Below, in pieces: positions 47,980-57,717 of a stretch of 64,000 nucleotides of DNA; within the stretch, counting starts at the first letter, position 1, and the number at the start of each line of letters is the position of its first letter. A program made the translations under genes and the position numbers. The notes under the pieces are model-generated. The model saw only the letters and a list, made by a program, of their open reading frames with translations, was not told the origin of the DNA and ran no database searches. Origin of the DNA: an uncultured Gammaproteobacteria bacterium (GTDB taxonomy: Bacteria > Patescibacteriota > Patescibacteriia > Magasanikbacterales > GWA2-37-8); contig CAZINT010000004.1 in assembly GCA_964540825.1 (NCBI GenBank), positions 88,835 through 152,834 of the forward strand. The letters are read 5' to 3'.

Positions 47980-48237
47980 ATGCCTAATAAGCAAAACGCC
48001 AAAAAAGCTTTGCGCCAAAGCCGCAAACATGCCGCTCTCAATAAAGTTCGTAAAGACGCCTTCAAAGATGCAGTTAAAAAAACACTCAAAACGTCTGGCG
48101 ACGAAGCTAAAAAATTAGCTCGCACTGCTCAGCAAGCCCTCGACAAAGCAGCCAAAAATGGTGTTATCAAAAAGAACACAGCTGCCCGCAAACTTTCTCG
48201 CCTCATGAAGAAAGTGAACGCGATGGCGAAGAAATAA
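47980..48237 (+). CDS. rpsT: 30S ribosomal protein S20
   Basis: MPNKQNAKKALRQS..LDKAAKNGVIKKNTAARKLSRL. Confidence 0.96.
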   Translation: MPNKQNAKKALRQSRKHAALNKVRKDAFKDAVKKTLKTSGDEAKKLARTAQQALDKAAKNGVIKKNTAARKLSRLMKKVNAMAKK

Positions 48238-48289
48238 GATTTCTGCTAAAATAGATCCTGAACGCATCGTGTGTTCAGGATTTTTTATT

Positions 48290-49171
48290 ATGAACCAAAA
48301 GGAAGAAAATTTTTTTGAAAAGCTTGTAGCTCGAAAAATAACTTCTCGAGTAGTTGTTAAAGACTGGGCGGTCACACAAATTAACCGTGTCCTCGGTGAG
48401 CTTCGTGTCGAGCTTTTTAATCTATCATTTGATCCTCAACCTTTTCTTGAACCCGACTTTTCTCCAGACACCATTCCGCAAGGTGAGTGCGTTTCGTTCG
48501 CTCAAAACTTCGCCTTGTCAGAAAATGCAAGCCGCAAAGAAATTCGAGAGACTAATCGTAAAATTTTAGGCATTTTTACCACGCCTTTTTTTACTGAAAT
48601 GAGCAGCCAGAACACTAAGACTGTACTGGTTGAAAACAAAGACGGTTCACTCGAACATGTGGGCATACCCGAAGAAGAAAACAATTTTTTTGAACGAATT
48701 TTTCCACCCACCACATACCCCAATCTGTATCAGGATCTAGAAAAAGGGACGGCCAATATTCTTCAGGTGCTTTCAGAGCGTTTTCCGGAAACTGTAGGGC
48801 GGGTCATAGAGCATGCCAAATCTGAAGCTTTGTTTGAAAAAATTAATGATCTGTTAAAGACTACGTTTGAAGATACTATTGCCAGCATCAAACGAGGAAA
48901 ACGCTTTTTAGAAAAAACTAAAACCACCGCCTTGCGCGATATTAGCGAAGAGGAGCAGACTGCCGAACTAAAAAGTCAGGCGGAGTTACTTCTTAACGCT
49001 ATTTCGCACGATTTAGAAACAGCTATCTACCGCAAGACAGAAGAAATCGGTCGATCAGAAAAAGAGTTTGAAAAATTTTTTGAGCGAACGATCAGCAATG
49101 GACATCGCGAACACTTAGTAGAAAAACATTTCGCGACAAGCGAACACCGCCTGCTTAGCTGGCGGCAATAA
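48290..49171 (+). CDS. Hypothetical protein
   Basis: About 293-aa Glu/Lys-rich ORF with genome-typical codon usage; no motif recognised. Confidence 0.6.
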   Translation: MNQKEENFFEKLVARKITSRVVVKDWAVTQINRVLGELRVELFNLSFDPQPFLEPDFSPDTIPQGECVSFAQNFALSENASRKEIRETNRKILGIFTTPFFTEMSSQNTKTVLVENKDGSLEHVGIPEEENNFFERIFPPTTYPNLYQDLEKGTANILQVLSERFPETVGRVIEHAKSEALFEKINDLLKTTFEDTIASIKRGKRFLEKTKTTALRDISEEEQTAELKSQAELLLNAISHDLETAIYRKTEEIGRSEKEFEKFFERTISNGHREHLVEKHFATSEHRLLSWRQ

Positions 49172-50117
49172 ACCGATCAACCAATATTCCTTGATCTGCA
49201 AAACCAGTTTTCATTCCAAGGTCGATCTGCATAAGTTCGCGGTACCGGGCTTCAAGCTCGGCAAGTGAAAAACGCCTGGCAACTCCGGCGCTTTTTTTGA
49301 CTACAAATGGAGACAGGCCGAGCAGCTTGGCGATCGTGTCGGGCGAAGGATTATTTTCGCGCTCTTGGCAGTCTTTGATCTCAAGTAAAATTTTAAATTG
49401 GCGCACGAGCATATTAAAAATAAAACCTTCTTCTTGGCCCTCGGCGCGCTGCGCCATAAGAAGGAGAAATGCTTTTTTGGTATTACCTTCAGCAACCGCA
49501 TCGATCGCATTAAAAATCGTTTCCGATCCTTTTTGGTCTAAAAATAAAGCGACGTCCGGCTGCTCTATACGAATACCGTTTTTGTAAGCAACTAACTGAT
49601 TAAGGAGCGAATGTAAAAGCCACATTTCACCGCCGATATTTTGAGCCAGATAGCCGGCTGCAGCCGGAGAAATACTGCCGCTGCGTTTTTTACATTCTTG
49701 ATCGATAAAAGCCTGGAGTTTACTTCCGACAAGCAGCGGAAATTCTTGAACATATTTTTCCTTTTGCAAAAGCGCCTGTAACTCTTTAACTTCTTTTACT
49801 TTACTGAGGGGTTCTGCTTGCCAAAAGAGCACGGCGGTTGAATCCGGAATTTTTTGAGCTTTGATACGCTCAATGATTACGGCGAGCAGGGTTTTGTCAG
49901 AACTTGATAGAATGTTGTTAATAAGCACCATGCGGCGTTCGGCCAAAAAAGGGGCGGCCAAAAGCCCGTCCATAATTTTTCCTAAAGATTCTTTGGCGCC
50001 ATCAAGCTCGGCCACATTGTAACCGGCCGGATCGCGCGCTTTTTTAAATTTTTCGATCTGTTCTACGGCGTAAGCACGACTGCGAAACGTATCTTCGCCG
50101 TACACGTAAATAATCAT
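49155..50117 (-). CDS. holA: DNA polymerase III subunit delta
   Basis: IYVYGEDTF, PFLAERRMVLI, IFNAIDA, QIDLGMKTG. Confidence 0.9.
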   Translation of the reverse strand: MIIYVYGEDTFRSRAYAVEQIEKFKKARDPAGYNVAELDGAKESLGKIMDGLLAAPFLAERRMVLINNILSSSDKTLLAVIIERIKAQKIPDSTAVLFWQAEPLSKVKEVKELQALLQKEKYVQEFPLLVGSKLQAFIDQECKKRSGSISPAAAGYLAQNIGGEMWLLHSLLNQLVAYKNGIRIEQPDVALFLDQKGSETIFNAIDAVAEGNTKKAFLLLMAQRAEGQEEGFIFNMLVRQFKILLEIKDCQERENNPSPDTIAKLLGLSPFVVKKSAGVARRFSLAELEARYRELMQIDLGMKTGFADQGILVDRFIAAS

Positions 50118-50302
50118 ACTTTTTTACTCTTTGAAGGCATGGTTAAAAACTATCATATACCCAGATACCATGGAAGGCAATGGTTAAAAATACTTACGAG
50201 CGGTGCTCAGCGTTATTTTTTATGCATTCGTGCTATTTTTAAAATTTAACAATTATACCCAGTGTGCTATACTTCGCTTACTTTTAGTATTGGCATCTTT
50301 CT

Positions 50303-51535
50303 ATGGAACAACCAGCCTGGCAAACAGACATTTTAATACTCGGAGCAGGAATTGGTGGTTATGAAACCTTTCGCACCCTCGCCAAGCTGCTCAAAAGAAG
50401 CGGCCTACCACAAAAAATTACCATTGTTGACCACAACAACTATTTTACCTTCACACCAATGCTTCATGAAGTGGCTTCGGGCTCAATTGAACCAAGTCAT
50501 TGCACTATTCCACTCAGAGCACTAACGTACGGAACGCCGCACACATTTCTTAAAACGCGAGTGCTTGAGGTCAGGCCGGCTGAAAAAACAGTTATAACTG
50601 AAAATGGCCCTATCACGTACGGTTACGTTGTTATCGCTTTAGGTAGCGGCGTTAATTACTTTAATACTCCAGGGGCAGCTGATTATACCTATACAGTACG
50701 CACCCTGCCTGCAGCCATAGAGCTGCACAAAGATCTTATTGCTGCTTTTGAAGCGGCAAACGGGCCGCTGACGCTCACTGTTATCGGCGGAGGATATACC
50801 GGCATTGAAACAGCGGGGCAACTGCAATACCTTATTAAACACGACCTTATCAAGCTCTACCCAAAACAACAGACAACCCTCCGTGTTATCGAAGCCGGGC
50901 CGACCATTCTAAGTATTCTGCCGGAAAAAGTTCAAACTCGAATAAAACGCCATCTGATTAGAAGCGGCATAGAATTGTCGGAAGGGCGTCCGGTAAAAAC
51001 AGTTTCAGAAACTGCTCTTACCCTGAGTGACGGACAAGAGTTCGCGAGCGATTTTACCATCTGGTGTGCCGGCATAAAAAATCAGGCGGACGCGTATATT
51101 AACGCACCCTACCAAGAAAACGGCCGGGTGCTCGTAGATGAATTTTTACAATCCCCGGTCGATCCAACGCTGTATGCAGTCGGTGATATTGCCCGCTTCT
51201 GCAATCAGGGTAGCACCCTACCTGCCCCGCAACTTGGCGAAGCGGCCCACAAAGAAGGCGGTTATGTTGCAAAACATATTATAGCGAGCATTCAAAAGAA
51301 AAAAATTAAACCCTTCTCATTCACTTCTCGCGGAATGCTTATTCCGGTCGGAGATTGGTATGGGGTCATGGTCTCGGGCTCGTTGATTCTTTTTGGGCCA
51401 ATTGCCTGGTGGATACGACGTACAGCGTACCTTTTATTTATGCCCGGTTTTCTCCGAAAACTCAAAATCGTCGTTGATTGGACCTTGCATGCATTAAGTT
51501 TTCGCTATATAATCGACATTGAAAGTAAAAAATAA
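50303..51535 (+). CDS. ndh: Type II NADH dehydrogenase family FAD oxidoreductase
   Basis: GAGIGG, FTPMLHEVASG, IALGS, IGGGYTGIE, WCAG, YAVGD, PQLGEAA. Confidence 0.82.
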   Translation: MEQPAWQTDILILGAGIGGYETFRTLAKLLKRSGLPQKITIVDHNNYFTFTPMLHEVASGSIEPSHCTIPLRALTYGTPHTFLKTRVLEVRPAEKTVITENGPITYGYVVIALGSGVNYFNTPGAADYTYTVRTLPAAIELHKDLIAAFEAANGPLTLTVIGGGYTGIETAGQLQYLIKHDLIKLYPKQQTTLRVIEAGPTILSILPEKVQTRIKRHLIRSGIELSEGRPVKTVSETALTLSDGQEFASDFTIWCAGIKNQADAYINAPYQENGRVLVDEFLQSPVDPTLYAVGDIARFCNQGSTLPAPQLGEAAHKEGGYVAKHIIASIQKKKIKPFSFTSRGMLIPVGDWYGVMVSGSLILFGPIAWWIRRTAYLLFMPGFLRKLKIVVDWTLHALSFRYIIDIESKK

Positions 51536-51559
51536 CGTATTTATTTTTAATCTATTGGT

Positions 51560-52123
51560 ATGACGTGTTCACATGCTTCAAAGTGTTGCCCTGCTATGGC
51601 CCCTATCGGACTTCTCGCCCTGCGCGTTGCTGTAGCCGCCGTATTTGTCTACATGGGCTACAACAAATTGTTTGTTAACACGGGCATGACCATACAAATG
51701 TTTAACGGCCTTGGTTTCCCGGCCCCATCTTTTTGGGCATACTTGATTGGCCTCGCTGAACTAGTCGGTGGACTCATGGTACTTTTGGGTGTGTTTACAC
51801 GTATTGCTGCCGGCTGGCTCGCAATCATTATGGTAGTCGCGCTCCTTGCCGTACATGTTAAGGGACCCTATATGGCTGCCCTCTTGCCAATCATGATGCT
51901 CGGCGCATCGCTTGCACTCGCTGGTGTTGGGGCTGGACGATATCGCTTGGTACAAATGGAATGCCCATGCCCTAAATGCCGCGCCGCCTGTAAAGACGGC
52001 TGCGCTGACGGAAAGTGTGGTGACAAGATGGACGGCGCAATGATGCGCGGCTGCTGCGGACCGGACGGCAAATGCAAATGCGGCGACACGATGACGCAAA
52101 AGGATGAGGGAATGAAAAAATAA
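51560..52123 (+). CDS. DoxX family membrane protein with Cys-rich tail
   Basis: LALRVAVAAVF..GYNK, AELVGG..LGVFTR, GAGRYRL; 10 Cys in the C-terminal tail. Confidence 0.85.
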   Translation: MTCSHASKCCPAMAPIGLLALRVAVAAVFVYMGYNKLFVNTGMTIQMFNGLGFPAPSFWAYLIGLAELVGGLMVLLGVFTRIAAGWLAIIMVVALLAVHVKGPYMAALLPIMMLGASLALAGVGAGRYRLVQMECPCPKCRAACKDGCADGKCGDKMDGAMMRGCCGPDGKCKCGDTMTQKDEGMKK

Positions 52124-52178
52124 ACTAAACGCAAAAAACCACCGAGCGTCGGTGGTTTTTTTATTACGAATATATATA

Positions 52179-53228
52179 TTATTTTTTAATAGCGCTTTGA
52201 CCCTCCGCCTGCGCTCGTCGAATCATCGCTTCAACTTCGGGCGCTGCATTCACAAACGGTATCTCCACATCGGGATGAAAATTTTTGTACACCCGGAAAA
52301 TTTCATCAGCAAAACCCTGGCCGATAAATTCGACACGGTTGAAATCAAGGACAATGCGTTTGAACTCATCAAGACCAGCCAAAAGCCTTCGCGCTTGTGA
52401 GCGCGAGACAAAACTGTCTTCCATTGTGTAAAGCTCAACCTTAATTTCCGTTTTATCAAAGCGCTGTTCGCTGTTGGTAAACTGATTAAAGACGTCTTGA
52501 ATCTTCTTTTGACTTGTCAGATTAATCAAAAAACCAACCAAGGTACCCATGCGTTGACGATGCGGCTTAATAAAAAAATCAGGAATTGTATTGTCTACCA
52601 ACACTTCGGTCTTACTGCTGATAATCCAAAACTTATCGGCCATTTTGGAGGTGAAAAAAATACCCTGGCCCGAGTGCGTCGCTGGCATCGTGGTTTGTTT
52701 ACCTTTAAAAATATCCTGGGCCGCTTCGATATCACTCGCCAGGTTTCGTTTTTGCCGAACATTGTGAAAAATACCGATACCGTGATCAACAATTTCAAAT
52801 GAAAAAGTTTCTTTATTCGCGCGGACTTCAATTTCGATTCGAGGTGATTCAGAATGTTCAATGGCATTATTAAGCATTTCTGTAAATCCGTGTTCGACAA
52901 TTCGGGCCACATCTTTAGCAAGATGTGCGCCTTGAAAGAATGAAGAGTTTTTGAGTTCGGCAAAGAGAGCCGACTCGCTAAGGTTGGTATTTTCAAGGCG
53001 ACGGCGCCACGCCGCTTCACCCGGGAGAGCTATCCGCCCAACTTGTTCAAAGGGGACATAGCGCACATTGTTGGTTTGCCCCACACGAGCAATTTTTTGG
53101 CCTGTAATAAGCCTGTTTAGCACAACAACCACCGACTGTTTTGACAGTCCGGTTAAAGCGCTCACTTCCTTTGCCTGTATTGAGCCTTTTTCGGTAATTT
53201 GATCTAAAATACGGGTTTCGAGATTCAT
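52179..53228 (-). CDS. wHTH + HATPase + STAS-like (DUF4325) protein
   Basis: N-terminal wHTH, TEMLNNAIEHS, DHGIGI, HSGQGIFF, SRSQARR..LDF..GQGFADEIFRV. Confidence 0.85.
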   Translation of the reverse strand: MNLETRILDQITEKGSIQAKEVSALTGLSKQSVVVVLNRLITGQKIARVGQTNNVRYVPFEQVGRIALPGEAAWRRRLENTNLSESALFAELKNSSFFQGAHLAKDVARIVEHGFTEMLNNAIEHSESPRIEIEVRANKETFSFEIVDHGIGIFHNVRQKRNLASDIEAAQDIFKGKQTTMPATHSGQGIFFTSKMADKFWIISSKTEVLVDNTIPDFFIKPHRQRMGTLVGFLINLTSQKKIQDVFNQFTNSEQRFDKTEIKVELYTMEDSFVSRSQARRLLAGLDEFKRIVLDFNRVEFIGQGFADEIFRVYKNFHPDVEIPFVNAAPEVEAMIRRAQAEGQSAIKK

Positions 53229-53256
53229 ACACCTATATACTACCAAAATTTAACTA

Positions 53257-53298
53257 ACTTGTCAAGATATAAATTAACTTGTCAAGCTACTTGTCAAG
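53257..53298. promoter_or_regulatory. Three copies of ACTTGTCAAG over the promoter of the DUF4325 gene
   Basis: At 53257, 53277 and 53289; each contains the palindrome CTTG-T-CAAG and a minus-strand TTGACA. Confidence 0.6.
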
Positions 53299-53332
53299 TA
53301 AACAAACAAGAAAAAACCGCTTATTGTAGCGG

Positions 53333-56038
53333 TTATTTTTCCATTTCACCCCAGTTTTGCCCGGTCTTAAGGTCAGCGCGCACCGGAACTTTGAGTTTAA
53401 CAACGTTTTCGAGTGTTTCTTTGAGTAATTGTCCGACTTCTTTTTCCAAACCCTTTTTAACCTCGACAACCAATTCGTCGTGTACTTGGAGGATCATTTT
53501 CACATCACTCCCATATTTTGAAGTATGAAGCTTTTTATGCACCTCGATCATTCCCATTTTCATAAGATCAGCTGCCGTTCCCTGCACCGGGTGGTTCACG
53601 GCCATACGTTCACCGGCCGCGCGCAGCTGATGGTTTTTGCTGGCCAGTTCCGGAATATAGCGGCGGCGACCAAAGAGTGTTTCAGAGTAGCCTTCTTTGG
53701 TGGCAAATTCAACTGTGCGGTCCAAATATTTTTTCACCCCGCTAAATTGTTCAAAATATTTTTCAATAAATTCTTTGGCTTGCCAATACGGAATGCCGGC
53801 GCGCCACGATAGGCCGTGCGTGCCCATACCATACAGCACACCGAAGTTTACTTCTTTGGCTGCGTAACGCATTTCTTTGGTAACATTTTCCAAAGAAACA
53901 TTATTAATGGCAGCCGCTGTAGCCTGGTGAATATCGAGGCCCTCGGAAAAAATTTCAATCATGCGCTTGTCTTCAGCGAGCGACGCCACAATGCGCAGTT
54001 CAATCTGGGAATAGTCAGCGCTAAGTAAAACATTTCCTTTTTCTGCTACAAAGGCAGTGCGCACTTCGCGCCCCAGTTCGGTGCGTACCGGAATATTTTG
54101 CAAATTCGGATCAGTGCTTGAGAGCCGGCCAGTTGCAGCAACGGTTTGGTTGTAGGTGGTGTGAATTCGACGTGTCGTCGGATTCACCAAAGTTGGCAAC
54201 ACATCAATATAGGTATTTTGCAATTTACTGAGTTCACGGAATTCCGAAATTTCATCAATGATGGGGTGAAGTCCGCGCAGCTTCTCGAGTTCTTCGGCCG
54301 ACGTCGATAAACCGGTTTTGCCTTTTTTAATTCCTTCTGCTGGAATGTTCATTTTTTCAAACAGCACTTCGCGGAGTTGAATAGGGGAGGCAATATTAAA
54401 TTCTTCGCCGCTCTGGTCATAGATTTTCTTGGTACACACGGCGAGCGCTTTCACTGTTTTTCGGGAAAGCTCAATGAGACGTTCGGGGTCAACCGCTACA
54501 CCGTTCAATTCCATTTCCGCGAGTACACTACTGAGCGGTATTTCAATTTTTTCCATGAGCCCATAATCGTCAATCGCTTTCAATTCACGCGACAATTCAG
54601 GCACGGTTTCACTCAGTAAAAATAATTCATGCGCAAGTGTCTTGGTATCAACACCAAACAAACTTTCTTGGCCGCTGCCGGCCAAGAGCTCTTTCCCAAG
54701 AACCTTCAGGACCACGCTTGCCGGATCGTGTGCGCGACTGCCCGGGTGAAGCAGGTACGACGCGATCATGACATCGAATAATTTATTTTTAATTTCAATG
54801 CTGTGAATGGCGGCAATTTTTAGCAGCTGTTTAAGATCATGTCCGTTTAGCGTCAATTGGGGGTTTGCAAAAACCACTTGAATATTTTTAAAAAGATTTT
54901 TGGGAACAAAATAACCATGGTGGTCAACAACAAACAACGCTCCGACAAACGTGCTTGCAAAAAAATCTTTGCCCATTACGACCAGACGGGCGGCAAAACT
55001 TCCTTTCTCCGTTATATGTTCAACTAAAGTTTTTACTTCTGCCGCCGAAACTACCTCAGCATACTCAAGCGTTTTGGTTTGTTTTGCCCGTGCCACTATA
55101 GGCGACGGTGAAGATTTTTTTTCTTCAGTTACCGCCGGATTACCTGCAAAGTCTGGCAGGCGTTTAAGAAGCGAAATAAATTCAAATTTTTGAAACAGGG
55201 CGATTATTTTTTCTTTATCAAACGGTTTAATGCTGCAGTCGGTTACTGAAAAATCTAGTTTTGGAACAGAACAATCAATCGTAGCTAGATAATAACTCAT
55301 TTCGGCGCTCTCGCGTCCTTCTGTTAATTTTTTCAGGATTCCTGGTTTAAAATCCGTGTGGATCGCGGAAGTGGGTTTGGCCAGCTCTTGATAAATTTCT
55401 TTAATGCCGCCGATTTTTTGAATGAGTTCGGTCGCAGTTTTTTCACCAATCCCGGGAACACCTGGAATATTATCCGACGTGTCACCGCGCAGAGCCTTGT
55501 AATCGACAATCATCTCTGGACCAAAGCCGTAACGCGAGCGAACTTCGGCCGGATCATACACCACAATATCATTAAGGCCTTTTCGGAGCGTGTAGATCTT
55601 GACGTGGTCATTCACGAGCTGGAGCGTATCCATATCACCCGACACAACATATACTTCTGGTTTTTCTTTAGAAGCGATTGCTTCTTTGGCAAGCGTACCA
55701 ATAACATCATCGGCTTCAAATCCTTTTTTTTCAAAAATAGGTATTCCAAACACTTCAACGATCTGGTGCACGAGCGGAATTTGATCATACAGATCTTGAT
55801 CAGCTTTTACGCGCGTGGCTTTATATTTTTCAAACTTTTCGTGACGAAAGGTTCCGCCGGCCATATCAAAAGTTACGGCCAAGTATTCAGGCTTAAGATC
55901 TTTCCAGACCTTGAGCAGCATGGAAACAAAACCATAGACCGCGTTTACCAAAACACCATCTTTGGTAGTAAGCGGAGGAATGGCGTGATACGCGCGGTGA
56001 ACTATGGCGTTACCGTCGATAATGACAAATTTTGACAT
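53333..56038 (-). CDS. polA: DNA polymerase I
   Basis: IIDGNAIVHRAYHA, EADDVIG, GDTSDNIPGVPGIGEKTA, TGRLSSTDPNLQNIP, DYSQIELR, QVHDEL. Confidence 0.98.
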   Translation of the reverse strand: MSKFVIIDGNAIVHRAYHAIPPLTTKDGVLVNAVYGFVSMLLKVWKDLKPEYLAVTFDMAGGTFRHEKFEKYKATRVKADQDLYDQIPLVHQIVEVFGIPIFEKKGFEADDVIGTLAKEAIASKEKPEVYVVSGDMDTLQLVNDHVKIYTLRKGLNDIVVYDPAEVRSRYGFGPEMIVDYKALRGDTSDNIPGVPGIGEKTATELIQKIGGIKEIYQELAKPTSAIHTDFKPGILKKLTEGRESAEMSYYLATIDCSVPKLDFSVTDCSIKPFDKEKIIALFQKFEFISLLKRLPDFAGNPAVTEEKKSSPSPIVARAKQTKTLEYAEVVSAAEVKTLVEHITEKGSFAARLVVMGKDFFASTFVGALFVVDHHGYFVPKNLFKNIQVVFANPQLTLNGHDLKQLLKIAAIHSIEIKNKLFDVMIASYLLHPGSRAHDPASVVLKVLGKELLAGSGQESLFGVDTKTLAHELFLLSETVPELSRELKAIDDYGLMEKIEIPLSSVLAEMELNGVAVDPERLIELSRKTVKALAVCTKKIYDQSGEEFNIASPIQLREVLFEKMNIPAEGIKKGKTGLSTSAEELEKLRGLHPIIDEISEFRELSKLQNTYIDVLPTLVNPTTRRIHTTYNQTVAATGRLSSTDPNLQNIPVRTELGREVRTAFVAEKGNVLLSADYSQIELRIVASLAEDKRMIEIFSEGLDIHQATAAAINNVSLENVTKEMRYAAKEVNFGVLYGMGTHGLSWRAGIPYWQAKEFIEKYFEQFSGVKKYLDRTVEFATKEGYSETLFGRRRYIPELASKNHQLRAAGERMAVNHPVQGTAADLMKMGMIEVHKKLHTSKYGSDVKMILQVHDELVVEVKKGLEKEVGQLLKETLENVVKLKVPVRADLKTGQNWGEMEK

Positions 56039-56063
56039 GGGGCGATTGTAGCAAAGTAAGAAC

Positions 56064-56118
56064 TAAGCAGCGTAGGCAGAACAAATTTTTAAACTACTTG
56101 TTCTGCCTACGCTGCTTA
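56064..56118. repeat. Perfect 21-bp inverted repeat
   Basis: taagcagcgtaggcagaacaa - 13 nt - ttgttctgcctacgctgctta. Confidence 0.8.
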
Positions 56119-56209
56119 ATCTGCCTAAAACTTATTTCTTTATACCATACCCGGCCCTTGAAATGAAGTATGGCCTATGGTATCCTAAGTGCGTCTTTCT
56201 TATCCCCAG

Positions 56210-56284
56210 GGCCTGGTAGCCAAGTAGTAAGGCAGGAGTCTGCAAAACTCTTATGCGCGGGTGCGATTCCCGCCCAGGCCTCCA
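56210..56284 (+). tRNA. tRNA-Cys(GCA)
   Basis: GGCCTGG/CCAGGCC acceptor, U73 discriminator + CCA, loop ctGCAaa; promoter TTGAAA-17-TATCCT at 56158. Confidence 0.92.
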
Positions 56285-56313
56285 CACGGAGCACAAACAA
56301 ACGTTTGTGCTTT

Positions 56314-57633
56314 TTATTTTACATACCCCAGCGGGTTGACCCGTACCCCACCAACGATAACTTCAAAGTGCAGGTGAATACCGGTGATACCGCGCACATT
56401 ACCGGTGTTGCCCATAAGCGCAATGGTTTGACCCTGCTCAACACGCTCGCCTACGGAGACAAGCAGTTTGGAAGAATGTCCATAAAGGGTCTTAATACCA
56501 CCGCCATGATCAATGATGATTTCACAGCCATAGCCGCTATTCCAGCCACACTGAGACTTTTCAACCGTACCGCCCTTCGCGGCATAGGTTGGGGTAGCAA
56601 ACGGACCAGCAATATCAATAGCGTGATGAGTATACCCAAAGTATTGCGTAATAAGGTGGGCGCCCGACGGCCAAACAAACCCTGAAGCACCAGCGGACTG
56701 ACGGGACGATGGGGGAACAGCCACCTTGCCGATTGTTCCGGTTGTGCGGGGCACTTTTGCAACCACCTGGGATTCTGGTTTGACACCATCAGGAACCATA
56801 ATCAATTCACCAGCCTTAAGGTCGGTTCCATCGGCTTTTAGCTTGTTAAAACCAACGATATCTTCTTCTTTGGCTTGGTAGAGACTAGCGATCTTTTTAA
56901 GTGTGTCACCGCGTTTTACGGCGTGCATTACACCAGTTGTCGGCGGAATTTTAAGCGAGTCACCGGGGCGGATAACCGACCTAACGCCCAAATTATTTTG
57001 CCAAAGAATGGTTGCAACGCTTACACCAAAGTCATAAGCGATGCTGCTCAGCGAATCACCGGATTCAACAACATACGTTTCAACTTCACTACGGCGACCA
57101 CCCAGTGCTACGCCCGGCATGATAGCGGGTTTAGACAGTGCCGTGCCACCAGCCATAATGGCTGCAAAATCCTGATTTGGAACAAACGCTGTACCCATGC
57201 TCGGCAAAATCTCACCGTTTACTACCCCCTCACGCCACGAACTATTGGACGGATTGTATATAATGGCGTCAGCATTTTCTTCTTCAACACCTAAAATTTC
57301 TTCGGGGGCGGTCAGCGCAAAAGCAATAGCCTTTTGTCCTGGCAAAAAAAGGTCTTTTTGAGCATAGAGTTTAGTTTGGGGAAATGCGATAAAAAATAGT
57401 ACAGCTAAGCCAAAAATTTGGAGCAGCGTACGCTTAAGCAGCAGTGCTCGCACGCGATTAAGGCCGCTTTTTTTAAGAAAATAGGCAACTTTATACCTAA
57501 TAAAGAGTACGCTGCGCCCAATTACACCCACAAATCTGCCTAAAACAAAAGAAAATCCGGTACCAAGCCACCAGAAAAAGCGCTTAACAAAGATAAGAAT
57601 GCGTAGCGTGCGAAGCCACAAACCGTATTTCAT
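56314..57633 (-). CDS. LysM-domain M23 family metallopeptidase
   Basis: Two LysM (YVVESGDSLSSIA, HAVKRGDTLKKIA); HAIDI, YGHSS, TGIHLHFEV. Confidence 0.92.
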   Translation of the reverse strand: MKYGLWLRTLRILIFVKRFFWWLGTGFSFVLGRFVGVIGRSVLFIRYKVAYFLKKSGLNRVRALLLKRTLLQIFGLAVLFFIAFPQTKLYAQKDLFLPGQKAIAFALTAPEEILGVEEENADAIIYNPSNSSWREGVVNGEILPSMGTAFVPNQDFAAIMAGGTALSKPAIMPGVALGGRRSEVETYVVESGDSLSSIAYDFGVSVATILWQNNLGVRSVIRPGDSLKIPPTTGVMHAVKRGDTLKKIASLYQAKEEDIVGFNKLKADGTDLKAGELIMVPDGVKPESQVVAKVPRTTGTIGKVAVPPSSRQSAGASGFVWPSGAHLITQYFGYTHHAIDIAGPFATPTYAAKGGTVEKSQCGWNSGYGCEIIIDHGGGIKTLYGHSSKLLVSVGERVEQGQTIALMGNTGNVRGITGIHLHFEVIVGGVRVNPLGYVK

Positions 57634-57717
57634 AGTTTTGCTTGACTATTTGAAGAGTTTACCATAGTATAGGGGGCAAATCAATCTATTTTTAAGCTTT
57701 TAATCTTAAGTAATGCT

